Source of the DNA: Octopus vulgaris
Lineage: Eukaryota
Length of the DNA stretch: 64,000 nt
Assembly: GCA_951406725.2 (NCBI GenBank)
Contig: OX597814.1
Span: 168,330,001 to 168,394,000, forward strand
Direction: 5' to 3'
Shown here: positions 25,742-40,082 of the stretch, in pieces
Position numbering within the stretch: position 1 is the first letter of the stretch
How the letters are laid out: every line of letters begins with the position of its first letter
Program-made: the position numbers and the translations under genes
Notes under the pieces: generated by a model
The model's input: the letters and a program-made list of their open reading frames with translations, nothing else
Database searches by the model: none
Told to the model about the DNA's origin: nothing

Positions 25742-25817
25742 CGGCGTCAAAATTGCTTCAAAAATATCCAACCGTACTTTGCACAAGGACTGTGCAGAAA
25801 TTCTGGAATCAATGAAG
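25742..25817 (+). CDS. WDR19: WDR19 exon 5: GVKIASKISNRTLHKDCAEILESMK
   Basis: ttttccag acceptor, AAG|gtaga donor. Matches [25 protein letters not shown]. Confidence 0.93.
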
Positions 25818-26079
25818 GTAGACGTTTAATTTTGCTTTTATATGTGTGTGTGTGTATAAATACATACATATTTTAGTGTGTTTGTTTGTTTGTTTGTGTG
25901 TATGTGTGTGTATGTATGTGTTTGTGTGTGTATGTGTGTGTATGCATGTATCATTGTGTGTGTGCATATATAACTATATATGTATGTATGTGTGTGTATA
26001 TATATATTTATATATATATGTACATGAATGTATATATATATATGCATGCATATGTGCATGTATATATATACACACATAT

Positions 26080-27170
<1,091 letters not shown>

Positions 27171-27194
27171 TATGCATACATACACATTATTTCT

Positions 27195-27742
27195 TTATTC
27201 TTGTATTCCTTCACTTGTTTCAGTCATTTGACTGTGACCATACTGGAGCACCGCCATGAAGGGTTTTAGTTGAGCAAATCAACCCCAGGGCTTATTTTTT
27301 GAAGCCTGGTACCTATTCTATCAAACTCTTGCTGAACACACTAACACCAGTTGTCAAACAGTGATGGGGAGACAAACGCAGATGCAAAGACATACACACA
27401 GATATATATATATATATATATCTGCAAATGTAATATGTGACAATTATTCAGTAGCCATGATAAAACTCCAAGTTTCGGATGTCAGTGGGAATCCACACCG
27501 CCATCTCTTCAGTTATCCGGTCATTGGAAAAAAATGCTATGAAAAATGCTAAGTTTCATAGCATTTTTTCTGATGGCCAGATAACTGAAGAGATGGCAGC
27601 ATGGATTTCCACCCCGACATCCAAAACTTGGAGTTTTATCATGGCTACCGAATAATTGTGACATATTACATTTACAGATAAATTCCTCTATTTACATAAT
27701 ATCGAGGTCTATTTCATTCTTTTGTTGTCTTACCATTTCTAT

Positions 27743-27789
<47 letters not shown>

Positions 27790-27948
27790 ATGGGCTTCTT
27801 TCAGTTTCTGTTTACCAAATCCACCCACAAGGCTTTGATTGGCTCAAGGGCTTGATTGGCTAAGACTCTTGCCCATGGTTCTGGGTCCAGTCCCACTGGA
27901 TCCGGAACCATGTGATAGGGAAGAAAGCTTCTTGCCACACAGCCATGT
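27195..27948 (-). mobile_element. SINE family D (CORE-like), interrupted by a fold-back element
   Basis: 3' tail at about 27200-27400 and 5' half at about 27785-27948; homologous to 62680-63091. Confidence 0.75.
27419..27744. mobile_element. Fold-back element (about 126-bp imperfect arms) with a hammerhead-like core, inserted in (TA)n; probable PLE pseudo-LTR
   Basis: Arms at 27419-27544 and 27554-27680. The left arm (minus strand) reads CTGAAGA-stem-GAAAC, and (TA)n lies on both sides. Confidence 0.7.
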
Positions 27949-28324
27949 CAATCTATATAAAATGTATTAGAATTGTACCCATCAAATGACAAGTAACTTT
28001 GGAAGTATACTTTTGCCACTATGGGTAATATGGCATGCATACAATCAAATTTCTTGATGCTTATACAAAATGATAAAATGAATGCTAATTTTCAAAAGGA
28101 AAAATATTTATTTCTCTGTCATTTATTCCTCCTCATCCTCACACTCCTCCCCTCATCCTCCCATTCCCTACCTTTTCACTTCCTCTAAGATTCTTATTCT
28201 GTGTGTGCAAATAGCTTCCTTTACCTGTTGCTCACCTTCAAGACTATGTGCTCTCATTCCACACCTCTTATGTTAACTCCTCTCTCTGTTTTTCTATTGT
28301 ACTCTCTCTACCACTCTTTCAATG

Positions 28325-28660
28325 ATGGTGTATGGCTCAATGATTAGAGCATCGGGTTCACAATCATGTGGCAGTGAGTTCAATTCCTGGAACAGGATGT
28401 GTGCTGTATTTTTGAGCAAGACACTTTATTGCACATTGCTCCAGTTCCCTTAACTGTAGAAATGAGTTGCAACATTACTGGTGCCAAGCGATATCGGCCT
28501 TTGCCTTTCCCTTGGATAACATCAGTGGCATGGAGAGGGGAAGATGGTATACATGGGTGACTACTGGTCTGTCATAAACAACCTTGCCTGGACTTGTGCC
28601 TTGGAGGAGAACTTTCTAGGTGTAATCCCACAGTCATTCATTACTGAAGAGGGTCTTTAC
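28325..28660 (+). mobile_element. Decayed tRNA-derived CORE-like SINE (family E)
   Basis: A and B boxes (TGGCTCAATGA, GAGTTCAATTCC) followed by TTGAGCAAGACACTTTAT...GCTCCAG. A related copy lies at about 48210-48400. Confidence 0.65.
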
Positions 28661-30293
28661 TATTTTTTATCCCTCTCTCTATATGATGTAAAGAGTGACT
28701 GCAAAATGATCCAATCAACCAACATTTACATCAGGTATTGTTAAATAGAAATATATGTGTATGTGTGTATAAAGATAATATAATATGTGAATGGAGCACA
28801 AGAGGCTTTAAGTTGCTGAATTTGTATTCAAATACCATTATAGAAGAACATTCTTTATAATCATTATACAGTTGAATACTGTTCAGTAACAGCCATGTGT
28901 GAGTTCTTCATTGGGTGGAATGTTGTGGTTGTTGTTGTGTGTGGAATAAAATAACTTTGTTTTATACACACACACACACTTAGATATATTTATATACAAT
29001 GGTGGTGCTCCAGCATGGCCACAGCCTTTGGGCTGGAACATGTAAAGGAATATATATATTTACATGTATATATTATATGTATTTTGTTTTTACTCCTTTA
29101 TTTCCCTCTAACATTTCTAAAATGCTTTTAACTGTATTTCATATAAACTTTACTGCTTTAGCGTATTATAGTCTCATTATTGCCAAATTACTGATTGGTT
29201 TCTTACCAGAAGTTTGGAATCCTGTCAATCATCAGAAATGCTTGAAAGGAAAGGTATAGCATGAGCCCTTTGCCTATAAAGGCCAAAGCTACTTGTGGGG
29301 AATTGCTTACTGAGCATATCTAGAATAAAAGATCCTATAAGGTCACATATATCAGCACTGCTAAATGCTCACATTGCAACATCAAAGGAGACTTCCAGGT
29401 TAGTCTGCTTAACCCACATTGAATCCTTGTTGAATAGTAGCTTTCCTGGCATGCATGATGATGTTTATGTCATCATCACTAATTTCAGTACAGGCTCTAG
29501 CTAAGTTTAATGATTTATATAACAAAACCTATCTTATAGATAGAAAAAAAATCCACTCTATTGAATTGGGTGAACTTTGCTTTGCCTCTGCTACTGTTGG
29601 TTTTAAACCCAGGCATAGTCAACCTTTTTGAGAAACAGGTTGCATGGCACAGCATCACTACTAAGAAAATTCAAGGTAATTTTTTCATTAGGCATGCCTT
29701 TCAGAAAGGCTGTGGGTTGCCTGTGACTGTTTTAAGCAATGAGATGACCCCATTGCTGTTGTATCATAGGGTGAGGCCAGAGGCTCTCCTAATGTCATTG
29801 TTGATCTTCCCATGCAGGTGTAAAAAGCATAGTTGGTCCTAAACAAACTGGATGTTGTTTGGAAATCAACCCTGTCAGACAACCTTAAGAGCAATTTTTT
29901 CCTGAATTTCAGTAGAATCAGTCTTTTTATATGGAGCAATAGTCTGGATGCTTACCAAAAAAACTGGAGTCCAAGCCAGGTGGAACTTACACCTGAATGT
30001 TAAGAGCAGTCTTAAACATATCTCAGGGAACTCATTCCAGTAAGAAACAGCTGTATGGAGATCTCTTGCCAGTTTCTACCATTGTAAGGAAAAGGTACTT
30101 GTGCCTTGTGGCAAGCTAAACAAGAGCTGGCAAGTGACCCACTGCTATGGCTGCCAAAGCATGGCCATACATGAGTAGGTTGTTCAAACACAACATATAG
30201 ATCAACTGGATGCTTCCCTGAAAAACCTTCCTCAACTAATGCAGGACTGAGACGGATGACATGTGCAGGTTGAAAATGTCTGAGCAATCTCAA

Positions 30294-30337
<44 letters not shown>

Positions 30338-30447
30338 CTATAATTCCTTTAGCATCAATGCTATAACTTATTATAAAATATCTCTATTATATGTGTTTTC
30401 ATGGTATTGTGACTATATTGGTCTATTTCCTTTTTCTTTTGTTTCAG

Positions 30448-30530
30448 CAATGGGCTGAGTCTGCTGCTTTATATGAAAAAGGAGGTTTCTATGACAAAGC
30501 TGCATCATCTTACATCAAATGCAAGAACTG
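30448..30530 (+). CDS. WDR19: WDR19 exon 6: QWAESAALYEKGGFYDKAASSYIKCKNW
   Basis: tttcag acceptor, TG|gtata donor. Matches [28 protein letters not shown]. Confidence 0.95.
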
Positions 30531-31911
30531 GTATATATCATCCTATAGTCTAACCTTTGAAAGCTGTGTTATAGATTCAGCAAATTTGACATCTGGCCTA
30601 AACAACATTATATCATACAACTTAATGGTGGATTAGTGGCTTGTATACTGTTACTAATGCTTTTACTAAGACACTTAATTCTCACTGGCTCTGACCAATC
30701 AGCTTAATTAGCTAAAATGGCTTCATCACACTCACTGCTGTTAGTTACAATATACTATTGGGTATTTTATCAACTATGTTCAAGTTCTCTATTGCAGTTG
30801 ATAAAAGCAATGGGAAACTATTCCAATATATACAGGCATCGCTGAATATATTGGTTTTGGGTTCAGTGCCACTGTGTGGTGCCTTGGGCAAGTGTCTTCT
30901 ACATGGGAGTGGATTTGGTTGAAGGAAACTGAAGGAATCATGTTGTGTCATTGTAAATATATGTATGTTTGTGTTTCCTTTACTTGACATGGTATAACTG
31001 TAGTAAATGAAAGTTATTCCTTTCCAGTATTCTGCAAAAAAAGGTCTGGCCATGGGGAAATATTACCTTGCTTGGAAACTGGTGAGGGCTGGCAACAAAA
31101 AGGGCATCTGGCTTTAGAAAATCTGCCCCTATAAACTCCATCTGACCCATGCAAGCATGGAAAACAGGATGTTGAGATGATGATGATGATGGTGGTGGTG
31201 GTGGTGGTGATGGTGTTATTGGTGGTGGAGTTGTTGTTTGTGATGATGATGATGAAGACGACAACGACTTCTTTAAAAACATCCTAGAAATACACATGTC
31301 ACACTTGTTTGCCTGGTTGCTCCACCTGCCAGAAATATCCATCTAAATTTCTATCTGACCACACCTTATCATGTTAGAAAAGGACATATTGGATAACGTC
31401 ACCATGGGTGTATAGAAAAAGGTTGTGATGACCATAACTGGTATGCCTTTGATTAAAGATGCACCTGATTGTTGTTGATCTTGGGCTAAACTACAATTGT
31501 GCAACAACTAATAGTAGATCATAAAGACTCCAAAAATTCTGTGTTTCTGGTTCACAGAATTATCAATTCTTTAACTCCCCTACATGTTACTGATTTTATA
31601 AAATGAACCAAAAAAAGAGCGTGTACATTTTTGCATGACATGCTAGAAATAGCTCCAAAACTCTCTCAAATCACATCCTTACTTCTTAAAAAGGAGTCCT
31701 TGATAGATGAAAAGACAGTGGTCACAGCTGGAATGTTTTTGATAATGGATTTGTTCAGTCAAGGCTTGCTGGCTGGTAAACAACAACAACAACAACAATA
31801 AATCAAACTTACCTAAGTTTTGTTGAACTGCTAAGTTATGAGACTGTAAAATAAATCAACACCTGTTGTCAAGCAGTGATGAGTGACAAATACAAATGCA
31901 CATGCATGCAC

Positions 31912-31977
<66 letters not shown>

Positions 31978-32314
31978 CAGGCTTCTGTGTAGTTTCTATC
32001 TACCAAATTCACACATAAAGCCTTACTTCCAGCTTTAATGAAGGCCACAGGAAAATATTTTCCCTTTCATTTTCTGTCAGAATCTCCCTGTATATTAAAG
32101 AGTAGACATATTAAAATATTATTTCCTAAATCTTGTTTCCTGAATGTGTTGTATAATTCATATATATTATATGCAAGCCGATTTTATAATAGGTTCTTGC
32201 ACACTGTAAGAGGTCCTAACAAAATGGATCACAGTAAAGGTATCAGGCTGTAAAGCACTCCCTCAGAAAAGCTGTCCAATCCAAACCAGCATGGAAAAGC
32301 AGACATGTAGGTGA

Positions 32315-32740
32315 GGGCATGGCTATTTGGTTAAGAAGCAAACCTTGCAACCATATGGTTTTTGGGTTCAGCTGACCTATAGTGTGGAACCTTGAGTAAG
32401 TGTCTTCTACTGTGAGTCTTGGTCAACTAATGCTTTATGTGTGAATTTGGTAGATGGAAACTACACAGAAGCCTGTTGTGTGTGTATATATGTGTGTGTG
32501 TGTGTGCGTGTGTGCATGCATGTGCATTTGTATTTGTCACTCATCGCTGCTTGACAACAGGTGTTGATTTATTTTACAGTCTCATAACTTAACAGTTCAA
32601 CAAAAGAAACTGATAGAATAAGAAGCACCAGACCTAAAAATAGATTTTGGGGTCAATTTGTTTGACTAGACCCTTAAAGGTGGTGCCCCAGCACGGCCAC
32701 AGTCCTATAACTGAAACAAGTTAAAGGTGAAAGAAAGATA
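32315..32740 (+). mobile_element. SINE family D (CORE-like), diverged
   Basis: Homologous to 62680-63091. Confidence 0.75.
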
Positions 32741-32783
32741 AAACCTGATGGTGTTGGTGGTGATGATGATGATGATGATGATA

Positions 32784-32812
<29 letters not shown>

Positions 32813-32816
<4 letters not shown>

Positions 32817-33808
32817 GTTAATAAAATAGAACACATGCATATATATAAACATATATGTACGTACCTACCTCTACATGTACATATACACGCATATATGTGT
32901 ACAGGACACCAAAAAGACGTCGAACACATAGAGAGACGAAAAACATAGACACAAACCAAGGAACAGGACAAGCAAAAAAGAAAAAAAGAGAGATACAGGA
33001 CAATAAGCACAACGAAAAATCCCCTTCTTCAGTCGCTAAGGTTTCATCTACTCTACGTTTCGAAGGATAAAAGCGAGACGTATACTTCGAAGAAACTTCC
33101 TTCCTGCGAAAAGCAAATCAATTAAAATTCTGAGATCTTTTCGCAGAGGGGTAAAAAATAGTAAAAAAAGCAAGATGGTAACGACAGTACAAACATATAA
33201 ACAGTAAAAAAAATTATATATAAACAGATGAAAAATAAATATATAACAGTGAGAGACAGGACAAGGAGAACAAGATAAGAAGGGCTGTTTACGCCAGATG
33301 AAAAAAGTAATGCAAACGCTGGATTATAGTGGACGACGAGAGAGAAAGAATGTCGACCAGTGGCCTTAGAAGGCGGGCGAGAAAAGACAGGATAGCAGTT
33401 ACGACGGAAGTATCGTCGCAGATGGACGACGGGAATGGGGGAGGAGGAGCAAGAGGAAGAGAGAGAAGAAGGGGAATGGTGCGAGGAGACCATGAAGAAT
33501 GGTGAGGGGGAGAGAGAGAATGAAGAATGAGAGAGAGAGGAAGAGACAAGTTAAGTGAGGGAAAAAGGACGAAAAAGGGAATGGGAGAGAAAGAAAGAAA
33601 GATGCAGAGTCGCGTGAGAGTTAATATCAAGGCTAACTTGATAAACAGAACAATCTTACTTAATAAGGTGCGTGCGTTTAGTCGTATAATATGTTAATAA
33701 AATAGAACATATGCATATATATAAACATATATGTACGTACCTACCTCTACATGTACATATACACGCATATATGTGTACAGGACACCAAAAAGACGTCGAA
33801 CACATAGA
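32813..33808 (-). mobile_element. About 1-kb element bounded by 120-bp direct repeats; possibly PLE-derived
   Basis: 32813-32932 and 33689-33808 are near-identical. The interior is CpG-rich and strongly purine-skewed, and the element abuts (TA)n. Confidence 0.55.
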
Positions 33809-34935
33809 ACAAATATAAAGTCTGAACCAATTCATTTTGATAACAATAACCGGCTGAATATACATACAAACTTCTTTCTGTTTCTGTCTACTAATTCCAC
33901 TTACAGAGCTTCGGTCAGCCTGAGGCCATAGTAGAAGACACTTGCCCAAGGTGACATGTAGTTGAGAAGCAAACTTCTTACTACACAGCTGTGCCTGTTC
34001 CTGCGGTGTCTATTTTTTTCTCGTGTAAGACAATATGTCGGGATTTAGGAAAAAATTTGGCTGCTATTCCTTGCTGATTGAATGACCATATACGTGCCTT
34101 CTTGTGTAGTGAAGGAAGTATGACTTGTTAGTTTCTTGAAGCCTGTTGGCAAATCATTTAAAACATTCTATCTTCATCTCACCACTCCCCACCACCCCAC
34201 GTACTGCACTTGTTTGGTTGGTGCCAGGGATGCAGCTGCCACTCTCCTTCCTCTCCTTCTTATCCAGTGAGTAATCAGAGATTTGTTTTCAGCCTGATAG
34301 CTGACTGATTATAGACTTACCTTGTTACTATGCATCGCAATTTCTAATAAACCATTGCTGCACACCTTCAGTTTTGTTGGTCTCTTCTCTATCACAAGTG
34401 CCAGTTTACATGTGGTTTATTACATATCTTGCTAGTCATTTGTAGTAATCTGATTACAGAATGAGCTTTCCGAGTGAAATGTACCATTCTCTTTCTTTTC
34501 CTGACATTTCAGTTATAAAACAAGGAAGATCTTTTTATCTCTTTCCTATATTATAACACAGGTACTGTAAAGTTAACTAGCTGAACTGTTGAATACAAGG
34601 TCATAAGTCGAGATTAGAGCTGATAAAAGAGGTGGCTAGAGCGTCAGCATGATGGTTTATTGGCTGAAGGGATTCGCAGTTTGCATAATATTACAGATGC
34701 CATGTTCCCCTTAGCAGAATGGCAAAAATATTCAATTCTAGTTGTGTTATGTATCCTTTACTTGTTTTCTGTCATTGGACTATTGTCCCTAGTACTTAAT
34801 ATTTTAAATCTGGTATTTATTCTATCAGTCTCTTTTGCTGAACTGCTAAGTTATGAGTGCATAGTCAAACCTAAACTGGACATCAAACAGTGGAGCAGGA
34901 CTAACATACACTCACACACATGCATGCACACACAA

Positions 34936-34970
<35 letters not shown>

Positions 34971-35616
34971 TGACAGGCTTCCTTACAATTTCTGTCTACC
35001 ATATTTATTCAAAAGGCATTGGTCAGCCCAGGGCTATAGTAGAAGACATTTGCTCAAGGTGCCAGGCAGTAGGACTGAACCCAAATTAAGCATCTTTATC
35101 ACATGCCTGCACTTAGGGTTAGTGTTTACATAGAGATGTCCATACAGCTTTTAAGATAGCAGAAAAGCATTTGGCTAAATTTCAAATTTGGGTTGAACTT
35201 TTTCAGTAGACATTGTTTTGCCAGCAGAAGAAAGCTGGAATATAGGCATCTTAGTATCTAATTTAGTTCTTGACATTTCTAAATGTAAGTTCTGTCTGGA
35301 TCCATCTTTGTCTTTCATATCCGTAAAGTTGTTAAAATAAGTACCAATAGTGAAGTGAAGTTTGACTTGTTGACTATATCTATTTTCCCTTGCTTAAGGG
35401 GCCTTAAATGTATTCTTTTATTCTTTTATTTGTTTAAGTCATTATGTTTTAACCATACTGAGGCACTGCCCTGAAGGGTTTAGTTGAGCAAATCAACTCC
35501 AGCACTAATCTTTAAGTTTAGTACTTATTTTATTGATCACTTTTGCCAAACTGTTAAGTTATAGAACACAAACAAACACCAGTTGTGAAGAGGTAGTGGG
35601 GAAAAACACAAAGACA

Positions 35617-35662
<46 letters not shown>

Positions 35663-37039
35663 TTCATACACACACATTCATGCACACACATACACAAACA
35701 CATATTCATACACACACATTCACGCGCACACACACACACAAACACATACACATATTCATACACACACATTCATGCACACACACACACACACAAAATGGGC
35801 TTCCACATAGTTTCCATCTAACAAATTTACTTATAAGGCATTGGTTGGCTCATACTTGTAGTAGAAGATGCCCAAGGTGCTTTGTAGTGGGACTGAACCT
35901 GAAATCACATGAATACAAAGTAAGCTTCTTGATCACACAGACAAGTCTGGACATATTTAGTGAATAAAAATTTCCTATTTCCATTATTGAGCTCTTATTG
36001 AAAGTAACAGCTATCACAGTCATTAAGGTACTGATACAGTAAGTTTCTATCTTCTGTGTCTCTAATAAAGATACTTATAGAAATATCTTATGAGAAAACA
36101 CAGCTCACTTTGATATGCATGTGCTGGTGGCACGTAAAAAGCACTCACTACACTCATGGAGTGGTTGGCATTAGGAAGGGCATCCAGCCGTAGAAACATT
36201 GCCAGATCAGACTGGGCCTGGTGCAGCCTTCTGGCTTCCCAGACCCCAGTTGAACCATCCAACCCATGCCAGCATGGAAAGCGGACGCTAAACGATGATG
36301 ATGACAAAAGGATGGTGGTGGGGATTGTATACTCCTCTTCTTCTTCATTAGTCCCAACCTTTGACCCGTGATCTTTGACCATGTTGTAGTGCTGTAACCA
36401 GAGTCCATAATGATTCTACTGATAAATGATTTTTAAAAAAAATATTTTCAGTGCTAGGCCCAAAACCTTTCATTAGCTATGAAAGCTGATACATAATTTT
36501 TTTCTGTTTGATTTATGGAAACATACAATCAAATGAAATTTTTTTTTCATCTCTTCTGGGATTACAGTCAATCATAATCTATTTACATAAAAACCTTTCC
36601 AATATTCAAATTCTAATTATATAGTGACCATTCTATGACATAAGATCTAATAATGTATTATCTTTTCTATTACATTAATATCTTATTAGGTGACAAACTG
36701 GCACAGTCAGTAAGGCCTAAAACTTGCTTTGGCTCCATATGCTCTGAGTTCAAATCTTATGAAATCAACATTTTAGGGATTGATAAAATAAAGTACCAGT
36801 CCAGGATGGTACAATGGTTAGGATTGTTAAAACACTGGAAGAGATGCCTTGAGGTATTTGTTCTAGCTCTTTACATTTCTGAGTTCTTAGGCAAAAGATT
36901 TAATCTGTTGCTTGGTTTAACACCACCACCTGGTCCTTGGGTGTCTTTAGTGACATCAAAGAGTTCATAATGATTCAGCTGATAAATACTTTCTTAATTT
37001 GCAGTGCTAGGTCAAAAACTTTCCATTAGTTACAACAGG

Positions 37040-37320
37040 TGTACCATAAGCCACTGTGATACATGATTTTATCTTGGATAACATTACTAAACAAGGTGTA
37101 TGGCTCAGAGATCAGGGAGTATCTCCAGATCAAGACATTACCTCTCTGCATTGAGAGGTCACAGTTTTGGTACTATGAGCATGTGATCAGAATATCACAA
37201 GAAATAATGGTAAGACAAATTGTGCCAACAGGCAGGAGACCTAGGGGTAGACCAAGAATAAGATGGCTCCATAATATCCATAGTATCAGATGGTCACACA
37301 TTGGGTTTTCAGCTTGAAAG
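37040..37320 (+). mobile_element. RTE-clade LINE C-terminal remnant
   Basis: ITLLNKV..SEIRE.LQI...IERSQFWYYEHVIRI...GRRPRGRPRIRW. A related fragment lies at about 50975-51090. Confidence 0.75.
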
Positions 37321-37574
37321 TGTAATGATGGTTACTTGGACCCTGCCTCTGGACTGAAGATAGCTTCCTCCTATTAGTTTCTGAATCCTGAAAAAATAAA
37401 AGTTCACAGGCACTGCCCTTTTGTTCCTTGATTTAACATAAAAGAAAATAACCCCCTAAAGACATTAGTATCCTTTCTATTACACTGGGTGATTTCTAAA
37501 CAAGCTGAGGCAGTTGATGTAAAGTTTTTATACATATCCTTCTGTTGCTAATTGTTTTTATATTTAACTTCCAG

Positions 37575-37715
37575 GAACAAAGTAGGAGAACTTTTACACA
37601 ATGTAACATCTTCCAAGATCCATATCCAGTATGCAAAAGCAAAAGAAGTTGATGGTCACTACAAAGAAGCTGTTGAAGCTTACAGACTAGCCAAAGACTG
37701 GGATAATGTCATTCG
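37575..37715 (+). CDS. WDR19: WDR19 exon 7: [47 protein letters not shown]
   Basis: cttccag acceptor, CG|gtaag donor. Matches [31 protein letters not shown]. Confidence 0.96.
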
Positions 37716-37789
37716 GTAAGAAATGAATTTCATGGCTTTATTGTTATTGGGTCAGCATAGGGTGGTCCCTGTTTACCTCAAACATTCTT

Positions 37790-38290
37790 CTTATTCAGCA
37801 GCTTTTCATAATAACACGTCCACACCAGTATTTTTTTTTGTTCCATATTGATGGCAAGTTTACCTTTGTCATTCCAAATACATTTCTCACCAATAACATC
37901 AGGTTTCTCTCTAGCACATTCTCTCACAATTCTGAACACTTCCTACCTTTGATCTTCATGTTGCAGGACACGTGCAAAATCTTTTCTTTTTTGCTTCTCC
38001 TTCAACCAAAGCACACCTGATGCCTGGATGCCCTTCTAGTCATCCTGCTTCCACTATCCTTCCAGTCTTTCCAAACCCTTCTATTAGCCTTAACTGCCTT
38101 ATCAATCTTATTATTCTGCCATGTTACTTCTGGCTTGGCTGATACAAAAACTGAACAGAAGTCCAAAGGATGGGCTGTCAGTAGTATAGACAAGAGAGTT
38201 TGTTCAAGAAGGTGCTTCAGTGTAAGGTGTTCGTTTTGCAAAAGCAATCCAGTGATGGATCTCTTGGGGATACACAAAAGATGGTTTTAA
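37790..38290 (-). mobile_element. Decayed RTE-type LINE internal fragment
   Basis: Minus frame TWQNNKIDKAVKANRRVWKDWKDSGSR resembles the WWNxxVxxAIxxKKxxWKxWK endonuclease-RT linker. Confidence 0.5.
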
Positions 38291-38347
38291 AGGAGAAATT
38301 TAATCAAGGCAACAAATCATAAAGAGAAGAGAAAGAAAATTATTTCA

Positions 38348-38571
38348 TTAACCCTTTCGTTACCAACCCGGCTGAAACCAGCTCTGGCTTTGAATACAAA
38401 TGTCTTGTTTTCATAAGTTTTGAATTAAAATCTTCCACCCATCTTAGTCACAATTTATATTCCTAACACTAGTTGAATGATAAAGTTATTTTACTAAATT
38501 CTTTGTTATATTTAAAGTAATTGGAAGATACACAGAGCTTCTCAACAGAAATACAGTAATGAAAGGGTTAA
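38348..38571. mobile_element. piggyBac-like MITE
   Basis: TTAA target duplication at 38348-38351 and 38568-38571. TIRs CCCTTTCGTTAC / GTAATGAAAGGG. Confidence 0.88.
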
Positions 38572-39123
38572 AGTGTATATGGGAGAAATATAGCTTCTAT
38601 TTCTGGCAGGTCAAGCAACCATGTAGGGGTTTCCTCATTGGCTTGTATGGTTGGTATATGTTTAAGTTTGTGTTTCATGTTTTGTCATCGTGGATTTTTG
38701 TCATCCATGTAACTGTAGTGTTATTTCATGTTCATTAGAATAACAATCATTTGAGTAGGACATTTTGTTTGATTTTAACTTTTGACAACTTTTCTCTCTC
38801 TTTCTCGTAGAGTTATCAGAATACTCAGTTAATGTAACTATCAATCAACTGATCAATTACAGTGTCATATGACTGATCTTAGAGAAGTCAACGACCTGTT
38901 TCTTAGATATGAGTGAATGCAGTATCACAAGAGCAAGGTAACATATTAATTACAATCTTATAAAGCAGGAACAAAGTGGCTGAGTGGATGAGGTATTAGG
39001 CTTTCAACTTATAGGTAGTGTGTTCAAATCTATTGCAGTCATATGTAAGACACATAATTTAAAATACTTCAGTTCACTAAATTGTTGGGAATAGCTAACA
39101 GATCCTCTAAAAATCCTCATCCT

Positions 39124-39740
39124 CATCATCATCATTTAACATCTACTTTTCATGCTGGCATGGGTTAGACTATTTGATTAGAACTGGTAAGCCAGAGGGC
39201 TGCACCAGGTTCCAGTCTGATTTGGCATGGTTTCTATGGCTGGATGCCCTTCCTAATGCCAACCTCTCTGGGTGTAATGGGTGCTTTTTATGTGCCACTG
39301 GCCATGACTATGATTTCATGGGTGCCATTTACATGACGCTGGCTACAGCCATGATTACAATTTCACTTGGCCTGACGAGCCTTCTCAAGCACAGCATATT
39401 GCAAAAGGTCTCAATCGCTTGCCTCTGTGAGACCTTATATTAAAAGATCACACTACTGGCAATGACCATGATTATGGTTTCATGGGTGCCATTCACATGA
39501 TACGGGCAACATCCATGACTACAATTTCACTTGGCTTGATGAGCCTTCTTAAGCATAGCATATCGTGAAAGGTCTCAGTCGCTTGTCATTGCCTCTGTGA
39601 GGCCTGACATTCGAAGATCATGCTACTGGCAACAACCACAATTATGATATCACAGGTACCATTCACATGAGACTGGCAATTGCCATGACTACGATTTCAA
39701 TTGGCTTGACGAATCTTCTCAAGCACAGCATATCGCCAAT
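39124..39740 (-). mobile_element. Family A element variant with about 170-bp tandem units
   Basis: (CAT)n plus the family A body at 39124-39300, then about 2.7 copies of a unit containing TTTCACTTGGC.TGACGAGCCTTCTCAAGCACAGCATAT. Confidence 0.75.
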
Positions 39741-39811
39741 GGTTTATAGTATTTGATGGCATAAAAGATGCATGGACATGTTTGATGCATCCCAGTTTCA
39801 ACAACATATAT

Positions 39812-40045
39812 TCTCTTTTCTCTTTTATCTCTTTTACTTGTTTCAGTCATTTGACTGTGGCCATGCTGGAGCACCGCCTTAGTCGAGCAAATTGACCACA
39901 GGACTTATTCTTTGGAAGCCTAGTACTTATTTTATCGGTCTCTTTTGCTGAACCGCTAAGTTACGGAGACGTAAACACACCACCATCGGTTGTCAAGCAA
40001 TGTTGGAGGGGATAAACACAGACACACAAGCATACATACATACAT

Positions 40046-40082
<37 letters not shown>

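Noticed and set aside
29300-30340. Possible LINE remnant ending in (GAT)n
   Set aside because: I could not read a diagnostic peptide motif in any frame, so it is left uncalled.
33015-33075. Type II hammerhead on the minus strand
   Set aside because: Stem I cannot form and the first stem II pair is mismatched; kept only as part of an uncharacterised structured element.
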